A stretch of 63,628 nucleotides of DNA, the filler included, from Sanchytrium tribonematis (Eukaryota), in assembly GCA_018985235.1 (NCBI GenBank). It is 10 parts of 10 records of this genome, joined end to end, with 100 filler letters (N's around TTAATTAATTAA, not from the genome) between each part and the next. Parts side by side here need not be neighbours in the genome. Positions count along the whole stretch, not along the records: positions 1 to 24,441 come from JADGIG010000072.1; positions 24,542 to 28,826 come from JADGIG010000740.1; positions 28,927 to 33,210 come from JADGIG010000741.1; 7 more parts are not named here. One strand, 5' to 3'. A program made the translations under genes and the position numbers. This document shows, one piece after another, positions 19,148 to 29,974 of the stretch (position 1 is its first letter; each line of letters begins with the position of its first letter). Below the pieces are notes generated by a model that did not search any database, was not told where the DNA came from, and worked only from the letters and a program-made list of their open reading frames with translations.

Positions 19148-21175
19148 TTATTTGATCAATTTTTTCAAATATTTGGGCGGCTTTCTAAATTCACTAGAAT
19201 GAAATTGGAACAAGCCAGCATCCAAATCGAATGAATTCCTTCTAGGGATTGTATATTCACTATCAGAGGTCAAAACTGGGGCTTCTTCAAATTGCATTTG
19301 CGATTCCAAAAGGGCACAAAGATCATCATCCATTACGTACATGTGATTATTTGGAAGATCAAATAGCTCTTGAAGCGGTTCTATAAAAGAAGTAGTCTTG
19401 TGAACTTCTGGAAGAGAAAATTGGTCTTTTTGAATTTTGTTGTATATTGACATTAAATTATGTCTTGCAGATGATGTCACTGAACCAGGACCAGTAGCAA
19501 TTTCACCTTCTGATTTTTTTGATACAAGTATCCCAGCCTGGGAATAAATTATTCTAGAGCTTGGAAAATCATAAAAAGCGTTGGTGCCTGTTGGAAAATT
19601 TTCTGATTTAAACAAAGGTTTGTCTGATTGGAAATGTCTTCTTTTTGACTCTAGAACGTCGTGAATATTTAACTTTAAGTTTTTAGACTTTCCAAAAATA
19701 TAAGATTCAAAAAGTTTTCCATCCTCAAATTTTGCAGCAGACACCATACACCCAGTTAAAATATCAATTACATACAATGCAGATTTTGAGACGCAATATG
19801 CGGTGTTTTTCACAACTTCAATTTGGCGACAACCAGGAATCCTTAACTCTTTTAAAATGCCATATTTGAAAGAATATATTACCACTGACTTATCACAACA
19901 AATAATCATAGAGGTTCCATCTTTGCTAAACGCGCTTGCGTTGTACTCAATTTCTAGCTTGTGCACATTTTGAAGTGTAAATGTCAAGTCATAAACTTCA
20001 ACCTGTTTGGATTTTGCAATAAATATAGAATTATCAACCAATTTCATGTTCATAATTTGAGAACTGGCTTTTTGAAGCAGCTTGAACGTGTATTCTCCAT
20101 CAACAAGGTGATAAACTCTCAAATACAGTTCATTTACAACGCAGATTAACAATTTTTGACAGATTAAGAAATCTGTTAAAATCGGTTCAATAGGAGTCAT
20201 TTTTTTAGTACATTTTGGGGTGTATCTCCATTCTGGTGCGTAATCAATAGTATCAACTACGTCACCAAATTGATTTACAACCTGGATGATACCTGCGGTG
20301 CTATTTACATATAAGAAATCCTCGAATTTTAATAACTTCGCCTTATAGTCTTTACTTTCAAGTATCAATTTTTTAAAAAGTCTTACAGGATTAGAGTTAT
20401 TCATAATAGAGTAGATGGCATTATCCTCTGCCTTGATAAGAAGAGAGCTTCCGCATTTGACCATGTTTTGAATCGGTCCTCTATGAATTCTGCTAATGAA
20501 ATCCTTTGACTTTGTACCCATATGGTAATAAACTAAAACCGATTCATGCCCGATACTGCAAATTGTTTGGTCAAGCACTGCAATACCAGTTACAGCAGAC
20601 GAGTGCCAATGATACATTTCGAAATGTTGCAGAGATTTGTCTAACCTAAAAATTAAGATTTGCCCACCTTTTGTTCCTACTACGCAAATATTGCCTTCAA
20701 CTACTATTGTAGTTATAGTAAATGGAATTGTTTTTTTAGTTACAACTCCATCGAAATGAAAAGTCAACGTATTTTTTTCGTATTCTATCAGATTCTCTTT
20801 CTTCAGACACAAAAACTTTCCCGAAAGAGATGCCATGTGATGAGCCATCCCATCAAGATCATCTAAAGGCACACTGAGTACTTCGCAATTGATGTCTTTG
20901 TACACAAGTCTGTCATTAACGACCTGTATATCTTGAGCCTCTAAAGCAATAGCTAAAGGCTCCGCTTTTTCGATAAATACCATTGATTCATGCCATTTGT
21001 ACAAAATCAAATTATCACGCAACACAAATAAATAAACGTGGCTATTGTGAATCCCGAGCGCTACACAATTAGCATCTACTTCTAAAATTATTTCGTTTCT
21101 CAAATCAGTTACATGTACACCATGTTTTGTTATAAATGCAGAAAGCTGAACACTCTGTCCAACAGTCGCTATCAT
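19148..21175 (-). CDS. WD40 protein, probable WDR75/Utp17 (Nan1)
   Basis: YHWHSSAV...SIGHESVLVYY...KDFISRI matches the WDR75 signature; first ATG at 21175. Confidence 0.7.
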   Translation of the reverse strand: MIATVGQSVQLSAFITKHGVHVTDLRNEIILEVDANCVALGIHNSHVYLFVLRDNLILYKWHESMVFIEKAEPLAIALEAQDIQVVNDRLVYKDINCEVLSVPLDDLDGMAHHMASLSGKFLCLKKENLIEYEKNTLTFHFDGVVTKKTIPFTITTIVVEGNICVVGTKGGQILIFRLDKSLQHFEMYHWHSSAVTGIAVLDQTICSIGHESVLVYYHMGTKSKDFISRIHRGPIQNMVKCGSSLLIKAEDNAIYSIMNNSNPVRLFKKLILESKDYKAKLLKFEDFLYVNSTAGIIQVVNQFGDVVDTIDYAPEWRYTPKCTKKMTPIEPILTDFLICQKLLICVVNELYLRVYHLVDGEYTFKLLQKASSQIMNMKLVDNSIFIAKSKQVEVYDLTFTLQNVHKLEIEYNASAFSKDGTSMIICCDKSVVIYSFKYGILKELRIPGCRQIEVVKNTAYCVSKSALYVIDILTGCMVSAAKFEDGKLFESYIFGKSKNLKLNIHDVLESKRRHFQSDKPLFKSENFPTGTNAFYDFPSSRIIYSQAGILVSKKSEGEIATGPGSVTSSARHNLMSIYNKIQKDQFSLPEVHKTTSFIEPLQELFDLPNNHMYVMDDDLCALLESQMQFEEAPVLTSDSEYTIPRRNSFDLDAGLFQFHSSEFRKPPKYLKKLIK

Positions 21176-21238
21176 CCTTTGATTCACCCTCAATTTGAAA
21201 ACGCAGACTTTGGTTTGTCAATAACAATCAAACATAAT

Positions 21239-21724
21239 TTATTGCAGGTAAATATATTCCATCGATGTTCTCAAAGACGCCTGTAAATTTTTAGGATAGT
21301 GGTAAAAAAGCCACATGACCATTGCCCAATTCAGACCAGCCACCACTCTCTGGTTTTGATTATTGAACCATAACAAGTTATATTTTTCATTAAGAGTTGC
21401 AAAGAGCCCATATATATTACGACTTAATAAGTACATGACAACTTGTTGTGATAAAAAATGATCTCCAAAACAAAGACATCCAAAAACAAATCCAGGTAAA
21501 ATTTCTCTGATGTGTGGAGAGGGTATCATTGATCTCGCAAATCTGAATAACCCTCCAAAACAACCTAAGCGTATTGCATGTTGAAGGGTAAGTTTGATAA
21601 TTTGTTCCAGCATTTTAGGTAGTGAGTCTCTTTTAAACAATAAAGTCATGACAAGTGAATGTGGTGCTCTCACTTTGGACCCATATCGAAATCCATGGTG
21701 CAAGCCTCGTAAAAGAGCATCCAT
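21239..21724 (-). CDS. PXMP4: Peroxisomal membrane protein 4 (Tim17 family)
   Basis: YGSKVRAPHSLVMTLLF, QVVMYLLSR, WAMVMWLF, LQASLRTSMEYIY. Confidence 0.9.
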   Translation of the reverse strand: MDALLRGLHHGFRYGSKVRAPHSLVMTLLFKRDSLPKMLEQIIKLTLQHAIRLGCFGGLFRFARSMIPSPHIREILPGFVFGCLCFGDHFLSQQVVMYLLSRNIYGLFATLNEKYNLLWFNNQNQRVVAGLNWAMVMWLFYHYPKNLQASLRTSMEYIYLQ

Positions 21725-21750
21725 ATCGATAAGTTTCAAAAATTTATTTT

Positions 21751-23503
21751 CTAGGCTAGTGCTTCATTTAAACTTTGAAAAAATCGATCACCTACTAGTG
21801 CCGCCAAACCACTTCTAAATATCTTCTTTTGACAACTTCTCCTCATTTTAACAACGCTTACAAGAATATTTCTTTCGTGATAACTTTTTACCACTTCGTA
21901 AAGAATTTCAATTGCACTAAATAAATCAAATGTACGTTGAATCAACTCTTTTCATATTACCTATATCAAATATTATATGATGAATTGCTGCTTGTGAAGG
22001 ATGGTCTGAGGGATGATGTTCCAAATGACCATGGGCTTCTAATCGATGTACCCGTTCCATCATTTCAGCTGAATTTGCAAAGTGCAGAGACTCATCAATT
22101 TGTAACAGCAAAACACCGTCTATTCCTTCAGATTCATCAGGAAACTCCGAAAGGGCAAGATACTCGTCGCTAGTACCATGCCGCCTTCCTAAAAGTGTGA
22201 TCTTTGGAAGTGTAGTATTTCTAACATTAAGTAATAATGCAATTAATATAGCAAATAATGCTCCGTATTCAATGCTTATAGACAAGGTTATTATAAATAC
22301 GACGATACTTATAACAATATCTTTCCAAGCATGTAATTTAATTAAAAATGATATTTTTTGTCGCTCGATTAAATTATAGGCAGCCTGAGTTACAATACAT
22401 GCAGTAGCTGCCAGAGGCAAATATTTGAAAGCTGGTAACAGTAAAAGCGTGCTTGTCAAAACGAACAGCGCTACAAAAATCTGGCTAATAGGAGTCTCTA
22501 CATGGCTATTATGTGAAATCATGCTTCTTGCCAAAGATCCATAAACTGGCATACAGCCAAAGAATGAACCGACAATATTAGTCAGACCTAAGGCCACTAA
22601 TTCACGATTTCTGCTTATAGCGTACCCTTTTATACTCGCAAAAGATTTGGAAGCAATCATGCTTTCCATAAATCCAATAACAGCAATAACACCAGATGGT
22701 CCTATAAGGCTTTTCACAGAAGTGTCTAGATTTTTTAATGGTAGAGACATCTTAAATAAATCACCATGTACCTCGATATTGCCAACAATTGCTATGCCAT
22801 AAGTCTTAAAATTTAGCAAATAACTGAAAAATATGTTCAAAATAACCAAGGGCAAGATCACAGGAACCTTAAATTTTAATATTTTTGAAAATGAATTATA
22901 TAAAATAATAAATATCAAGCAGAAACAGCTTAAAAGTAATGTTTGAATATGAAGCGTATCCAGTGTTTCAATTTCGCTCCAAAGTAGCTCGAGTGGCGAA
23001 GAACCGCGTGCAACATGTATACCAAACATAAACGGTATTTGTTCTATAATAATTGTGCAGGCTACCCCACTTATAAATCCAGCAATAATTGGCCTCGAAA
23101 AAATTGCATCCAAAAATCCAAATCGCATTAAACCCAATAATAAAGTTATAATTCCGCATATAAATGCAATGCTGTTTTCATGCTTATATTGACCAATTAA
23201 AATACAGACAACAGCATCCAGTCCAATGGATAAACTATGGGAAGATCCAAAAATTGCATATATAAATAAAGGAAAGATTGTACTCTTTAATCCAACAACA
23301 GTGGGTATTTTTGCTAATGTCATGGTATAACTTATAACTTGTGGAATTAAAATACATGTCAAAGTGAGCGCTGCTGTAATATCTCTCAGGAATTTGGTTG
23401 AATTGTAATCTTGCATCCATTTCATTATGGGGACATAATATGTCGATCTTCGTATTATGTGCTCACTTGAAGAGAGTAGCGGTGATAAGGAATTAAAATT
23501 CAT
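21751..23503 (-). CDS. SulP/SLC26 anion transporter with STAS domain, 2 exons (23503-21936, 21916-21751)
   Basis: NRELVALGLTNIVGSFF, GSLARS, LHFAN. The STAS motif VDST^AIEIL is completed by the intron. Confidence 0.92.
21917..21935 (-). other. 19-nt intron GTACATTTGATTTATTTAG (phase 2)
   Basis: Excision joins the two ORF-track pieces in frame within STAS. Confidence 0.88.
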
Positions 23504-23523
23504 AACGGAGAGTTACAAATTTA

Positions 23524-24334
23524 TTAAAAAAACCATCCCAGTCTGTTAGCACCACTATATGTATCTTTTGGCTTAGAAGTAGGAACTGGCCCGGAACTAC
23601 TGCTTCCGGAATTAAGTCCAGAATTTGGATTTGGCCCAGTACAATTTCCCCACCATTTAGATGATACTGAATAGCATGAACATAGATCATTAAATGGTTT
23701 GTTTGTGGAATTAAAATACCATTGAAGTGTTGCACTAGTGAATTTAGATTCTGCAAACTCATTCAGAATCACAACATCGTTTCCTAAAGATGAAAGTACA
23801 GATTTGATTTGGGCTTCAGTAGAATTGTAATCTACACTATCTTTGCTCCAAATTGTAGGGTAAAAATTAGACGAAAGCAATTGCTGGTTGACCGAGTCGC
23901 TTAGAGCAGTATTAGTATATGCAACAAATTTTGGCACTGCTCCTAAATTTTGAAACCAAACGTCTTTCTCTGCATTTAAGGTTGCAGAAATGTCATTTGT
24001 AAATTTTTTTATAACATTCATTCCTAATCTAAATTAAAAAAATTTACGTATGTCCATAGTTAGCAATCTGCTTCACCATATTCCAATCTGTGGTTGGGCT
24101 TGTTTCAATCATAAATGTTCCCTTAATTTTTAGCTGGGTCAATGCATTCAAAATATCAGCAGTGTGAGCAGAAGGTCCGTTGTAAAAGGTAAGTGCAACT
24201 CCACTTCCACATGTACTTTTGGCGGGAGCTGTTTCTGAGCATGTAGCAACTGGTACTCTTCGTTCCAAAATATGTTCAGGTGTAAAGTAAAACACAGCGG
24301 CTAATAAAACGAAGATACTAACAATTTGATACAT
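23524..24334 (-). CDS. Secreted NodB/chitin-deacetylase-fold (CE4-like) protein, probably non-catalytic, 2 exons (24334-24048, 24028-23524)
   Basis: Signal peptide; VALTFYNGPS (cf. TFDDGP); LKIKGTFMI; GHT^LGMN; WSKDSVDY. Confidence 0.8.
24029..24047 (-). other. 19-nt intron GTAAATTTTTTTAATTTAG (phase 2)
   Basis: Excision fuses ORFs 24044-24334 and 23524-24021 in frame at the GHxIG-like motif. Confidence 0.88.
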
Positions 24335-24441
24335 ATTGAGAGTGGAACCGTTTCAGATTTGTTACTTTTTATTTGATTTTTTGCCAAGACGTCGGTAATT
24401 TTTGACCAATCATTTACCCAAGCGAATTCTCAATGTTAGGT

Positions 24442-24541
24442 NNNNNNNNNNNNNNNNNNNNNNNNNNNNNNNNNNNNNNNNNNNNTTAATTAATTAANNN
24501 NNNNNNNNNNNNNNNNNNNNNNNNNNNNNNNNNNNNNNNNN
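24442..24541. other. Artificial contig spacer N44-TTAATTAATTAA-N44; the same spacer is at 28827-28926, 33211-33310, 37576-37675, 41939-42038, 46288-46387, 50636-50735, 54984-55083 and 59310-59409
   Basis: Identical 100-nt linker with stops in all frames. Contigs between linkers shrink or stay equal from 4285 to 4226 bp. Confidence 0.99.
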
Positions 24542-25495
24542 CAATCATTAGTATTCCCGGAATTAGATCAAGTGCAGCAAGATTGGATCACAAATGATCC
24601 ATATACGAGCATGTTTTGTGATGTTTTGAAGTGGATGCGTGTGGTATTTTTACAGGATACTGCTATATTAATACATGATAATGATTATCAGCATCATTTA
24701 TTATTTGAACATCCAATTTTTAGCGATACTAGGTTTATATCCTTTTCCAAGGCATTAAATCAGCACGAAATGGTTTACAAGGCATTACCAATCAAAACCA
24801 CAGCATTTCTAGAACAAGCGACACCAGAAATATGCCAGATATTGAAGCAGCAGCATCAATTAATTACTTCTATGCATCAGGAAATCATCGACTCTAAAGG
24901 GCAAATAAACATGCTAATTGGCCATGTTGCATGTTTAAATAATCCATTTATTAATCAACTAGCTAATAATCTTGCTCAGAAGACACCAATTGCATCCAGA
25001 CCATGTACTCCACCCACGCATTATCCACTGACTCCTCAACCTTCAAATCGTCCCAATAAGCAAGTTGATTCTGTTTATTCATCAAATCATTCACGAAATA
25101 GCTCATTTAATCCCATAAATGTCATAAATAATCCATATTCTACTTTTCCTTCTTCCCCAAAGAAATGCCAAATAAACAAGCATATTACTCAAATAAGAGA
25201 TCTAATTAAGTATTGGTATGATGGCATTAATGGCAAACCTAGTGTGATGGAGTTGAATGCCGAATTTGGGACAGCATGGCGTAAATCTGCTGCTTGTAGG
25301 CAATATTATCGAGGGAGAAATCTGCTTATGAACGAGATAAATAGAATGGCTGTAAAGCACAGTATATCAAGGGAAGATGCTGGAATGATGTTGGAGCAAT
25401 ATCATCAGCAAATGAATCCTAATGCTGCTAATGCAATCCCATGGTTGATAAAATACATCAAGGATAATCCAGAGAATATGAGAATATACAAATAA
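24542..25495 (+). mobile_element. 5'-partial Crypton-F-like / Ndc10-II + GCR1_C ORF (transposon or domesticated derivative)
   Basis: LKWMRVVFLQDTAIL...LFEHPIFS (end of the Ndc10-II / Crypton recombinase region) plus WYDGINGKPSVMELNAEFGTAWR...RQYY (GCR1_C). Confidence 0.7.
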
Positions 25496-25552
25496 TAAAT
25501 AGATTTATTGAATATTTCCTGGTAAATATATAGTAAAAGTAGATAAAATATT

Positions 25553-25645
25553 GTGATTTGGGTTGGTAATTGGAGAGTAAATCGTGATTTGAGTTGTGAT
25601 TTCACCGGGGTAAATTGTGATTCACCCGTGATTCAGTGTGATTTC
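25553..25645 (+). repeat. Cluster of six GTGATT motifs
   Basis: GTGATT at 25553, 25584, 25596, 25617, 25628 and 25638. Confidence 0.7.
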
Positions 25646-25776
25646 ATAAATTTTACTGCAATTCAGAGAGAACCGAAAAATCATCTGCTATTAATATCCC
25701 ATTTATTCATGTAATATGCAATTGAACATTCAATAAACCAATAATTCATCACAAAAGTGACCAATGATTCAAATGA

Positions 25777-26208
25777 TCATCTCACGATCCATTTCCCAAT
25801 ATAATACCTCAAATCTTTCAATTTTCTCATCCATCTATTCCCATGCTCTTCTTTTTTCCCATCAGATATCTCTTGATGATTCCGCATTGTAATCGCTTTC
25901 TCAAATAAATCATACAAAGTCTCTTTATCCTCATAAATCACCATCAATGGTCGTAAATTACCCACTTTTAATTCCAGTACATCTTGATGATTTACATGAT
26001 GCATGATTTGAGTCACCATATCTTCTAATACCATAAATTGCTTATTTTCTAATACATTTGTATTTGGATTTAATAATTGGTATGAAAATGATGCTTTATT
26101 AATGGATTTATTGGATGTGATGCTGTATAATATGGGATATTTGGAATTATGATTGATTTGGATGGTGAAATCGGCAATTGCAAATAATGCAATGAATTAT
26201 ATGAACAT
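25777..26208 (-). pseudogene. Putative secreted orphan gene with a premature TAA at codon 4
   Basis: ATG TTC ATA TAA TTC ATT GCA... (MFI*FIALFAIADF) is in frame with ORF 25777-26034. Confidence 0.5.
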
Positions 26209-26310
26209 GATTTCAAGGGGAAACATTTGTGATTTGTCGTATTCGAAAATTAATTTATAACGCATTGTATTGCTACTTGTTTAAATAAATCAGCATTTAT
26301 TATTAGAATA

Positions 26311-26706
26311 TCACACAATGTTGTTCGCAGACTGTTGCATTTTCTCTTTCTCAGTTATTCGACAATCATGCTGAATTCTGAGAATTTGCTGAATTATACT
26401 TTCATTAGAGTCTGGATCCAATTTAGACTGCAAGTGAAGGATTTTGTTGTTATCATAATTCACATATAGTATATTTGCTACTTTAAGCGTGTTCCAACGC
26501 TCCAGTAAATTCTGGTAGTTATAAGTATTCTCTGTATAAGACCCAAAAGTATTAGAATCTTCGCATTTCCAAGTTTTATTTTTAAGCGCTTTATCAACCG
26601 TTTGATCTTCGCAATGAAAATATTCACCCTCATGTACCCTGGGACCATTATGACGTATAGTAAAAGACTCTTTCGCAAATAATATACTCAACAGCAAAAT
26701 CAACAT
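26311..26706 (-). CDS. Small secreted hypothetical protein
   Basis: MLILLLSILFA signal peptide, 131 aa. Confidence 0.6.
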   Translation of the reverse strand: MLILLLSILFAKESFTIRHNGPRVHEGEYFHCEDQTVDKALKNKTWKCEDSNTFGSYTENTYNYQNLLERWNTLKVANILYVNYDNNKILHLQSKLDPDSNESIIQQILRIQHDCRITEKEKMQQSANNIV

Positions 26707-26896
26707 ACAAAGAGAGACATTTCATCAATTTATGTTCCAATTTATCCCCTAGGAGTAAATTAGGCCAATCATTCAAAATTTGTACGACCACATGGTCACA
26801 CAGAAACATTTGTACAACACATGGGTCAAATCAATGCCCGTTTCTGGCAATTAATCATAGTCTACAATAAGGCATTTCAAATCAATTAATTTACAT

Positions 26897-28826
26897 TTAT
26901 TGATGCTCATATTTCAATGGACTGCCACCATTTTTGATCTGTTTTTGATCTGATTTAATAATCATTGCTTCATGTGATATCTTGCCTTTAGATTTCTGAA
27001 TTGGTTCTGGCAATGGATATACGACAATTCTCACTTGTGCATCTATATTTCCCACTACATCTTCATTCATTGGCAATTCATTTAATGGCTTTTTAAATTC
27101 CTTTTTCAAATCACTATAAATCTGCATTATTACAATCACAATAATCAAACTCGTACTACCAATGACTACTCCAGTCAATGGAAAATGAAATATTTCATAT
27201 TGATATGTATTTTTAAACACATAAAATAAAATACCAGATGCTAAAATCAAAATACATCCAATTTGACAAATAATGTCAATGATGGTGTATTTATTCTCTA
27301 CATATGGTTTGGTAAATACGAGCATATTCATGTACAATAAACACAAGAATAAAACCAATACAACTTGAATAATTGGAAATGCATTTAAAAAGGTTTGTAC
27401 AGCCACCATGGCCATTTTAGTCAGTAATAAAAATGCAATAATATATTGTCCCTCGATTTTATAGTCACTTTTCTTGGTATACAAGACATTTTGACAATAA
27501 TACATGATATTAATAAAAATAATTTGATTACGGAGATAAAACAATGCAGCAAAGTAAATTGGGATGCCAATGACATAAATGGCTGTAGCAGTCAAGAATA
27601 ATGGCAAATATTCCAAATGCAATCCACTATAACATTCATTTCCAGGTGATTTCACCATCACTAAAGTATTTCCAAGTGGAATACATGAGAAATAACCCAT
27701 TAACCAACTACACAAAGTCACAAAAATGGTAATTAGAAATAAATGATATGCAGCAAATGCATACCATAAATGACTTTGCAATAATGCCAATGTAAATGGC
27801 TGGAAGTGAAATGGAGTGTGTTTTATTTTAGAGTAAATAAATCGAAATGGCGTCAATAAAGGGAGTGATTTTACAAATGCACCACCCAATAACACAATCA
27901 AGAATAAAATAGGCAATGCCATGACCAATTTAGCCTTGTAAAAATAATCAATATCCGGATTATAACATTCAGGAGATGCCAAATCCAAATTCAAACTAAA
28001 AATACTCAAATAATTAAAAAATGAATTCACTTCTGGACTCCATTGCAACAACAATGCTCTAAAAATATACAAATTTTGAAAATATTGCATCAAAATCCCA
28101 ATCACACAAAAAATAGGTCCAAATTTAATTTTCAATAAAAAATAAACACTCGCTACTAAAATCGCACAACTCCCTAAAAACACAATTAATCCAAATGGCA
28201 ATTGACTACATTTCGCACATTCCACATTGTTCATTCTATAATATCCCAATGCACACACCCCACACAAATTCCCTTGATACCCTATTTCACATTCATCTGT
28301 CCCCAAACACGCTGATTTTGCCAAACATTCATAAAATACCAATTCCCCATCAATCTCTCCTCTATAATATCCCTGTAATCCAATTGGCATTTCATATCCA
28401 TTTAAATGACACTTACTCCCAATCGGACACGGTGCACACAATTCATATAATTCATTGGTCTTTTTCCCAAATACATTTGGCACCCCTCTATTCTGACAAT
28501 GAATCATTAAAATCACTCTAGAATATGCCTCGTTATCCAATATCTCAAAATACAATGATTTAAAATCATCCGTAGTTAATAAATGTGATGATGCTTTAAA
28601 TCCCCAATGTAATACATGCAATGGATATTCAATATGAGATCCATTCAATATTGCAATCACAATTTCACCATTCACCAATAAACTCTCCCCAATCAAAGGT
28701 CCATTCATTTTAAATGTTTTTTTAATACTCAATTTCCCACCAAATTGCATATTAGAATCCAATGGCACATCCCCTCTCACCCTCAATCCCCCATTCGTCA
28801 CAAATATATTCTCAATCCTCAATGGT
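26897..28826 (-). CDS. 5'-partial membrane protein with Cys-rich ectodomain and many TM helices
   Basis: CAPCPIGSKC...CEIGYQGNLCGVCALGYY...CAKC followed by a multi-pass hydrophobic region. Confidence 0.75.
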
Positions 28827-29350
28827 NNNNNNNNNNNNNNNNNNNNNNNNNNNNNNNNNNNNNNNNNNNNTTAATTAATTAANNNNNNNNNNNNNNNNNN
28901 NNNNNNNNNNNNNNNNNNNNNNNNNNAATTCGATGACATTGATTTCTCATTTCCTCAATTGCCCGGGTCAAAGTAGACGTATTAAATTTCTTTTTGTAAC
29001 GTCGTTCTCGAGCTTTAGTATTCTTTTTGATTTTTGTTAAAGTTGTAGCTGTCTCCAAACCAATTGCCAACATCCTTCACTTCTCTTTGTTTATTTGGTG
29101 TAGATTTAGGAGTAGGTTGTATGTAGGGTTTGTTTTCTGGACCAAAAAATACTTGAGTTGGAGTAGTTGGATCTGTCATTGTCAAAAGGGCGAGTGTTGG
29201 TATTTGAGTAATTTCAATAAAACACGTGCGTGATACAAAATATCTTGTGGCCAATCATATCCCATAGTGGTAACACATGTACTGCCACGTGCTTTTTGTA
29301 ATCTCTTAAATAGAGACTACTCCCATTTTGACATGTAACAATGAAAATTC

Positions 29351-29401
29351 GGCTGATCACTTAGATTGATCGCTGAAGGGCTGATCACTTAGATTGGTCG
29401 C
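29351..29401 (+). repeat. 23-nt direct repeat GGCTGATCACTTAGATTGRTCGC x2
   Basis: Copies at 29351-29373 and 29379-29401, one mismatch. Confidence 0.85.
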
Positions 29402-29418
29402 CTTGACTTATTACATCT

Positions 29419-29830
29419 TGATTGGGACAAAAATGAAGTGTCTATACTTCTTTCTGTTAATAAATTTGAACCTTCATGAACTTGATTGGGACAAATATAT
29501 ATATATTCGAAATTGCTGAATATATAATACCATGATTGGGATGAAAACTTAAAATTTTACCAAAATACTGTTTGATTGGGGTAAATATATATATATTCCT
29601 TTCAGATCAACGTATAAAGGTGTGATTGGAACCAAAAAAATTCTAGATTCGTCAGTTTCTTGAGTTTTTGTAATCTAGCAACAGATTTGAAAATATGGTA
29701 GAAAACTACTTGAGCTAAAGTTTGATTGGGATGTATTTGAGCATTATTGACTTTGTTAATGCAATTTAAAAATTTTATAATTCATAAACGAGATAACAAT
29801 CAAATTTTAAGTCTATTGATATGTGATTGG
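29419..29830 (-). promoter_or_regulatory. Array of seven CCAATCA boxes (TGATTGG on +)
   Basis: Starts at 29419, 29483, 29533, 29573, 29623, 29723 and 29824. Two are followed by aaatatatatatattc. Confidence 0.55.
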
Positions 29831-29974
29831 TCTCAATTGGACTGTTATTCCACTTTTTCAATTTTTGAGGCAAGATGGAGTAAATAAAAGATACAGAGGG
29901 TGTTTGCCATGTACTTTAAGATCTATACCTTCCTTAGACAGGATTGAACATGGTGTTTGCCAGTCAATACACAC

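Noticed and set aside
29899..29962. GGTGTTTGCCA x2 and AAGGAAGG as PPT/LTR start
   Set aside because: No canonical TG...CA boundary or second LTR is available to confirm it.
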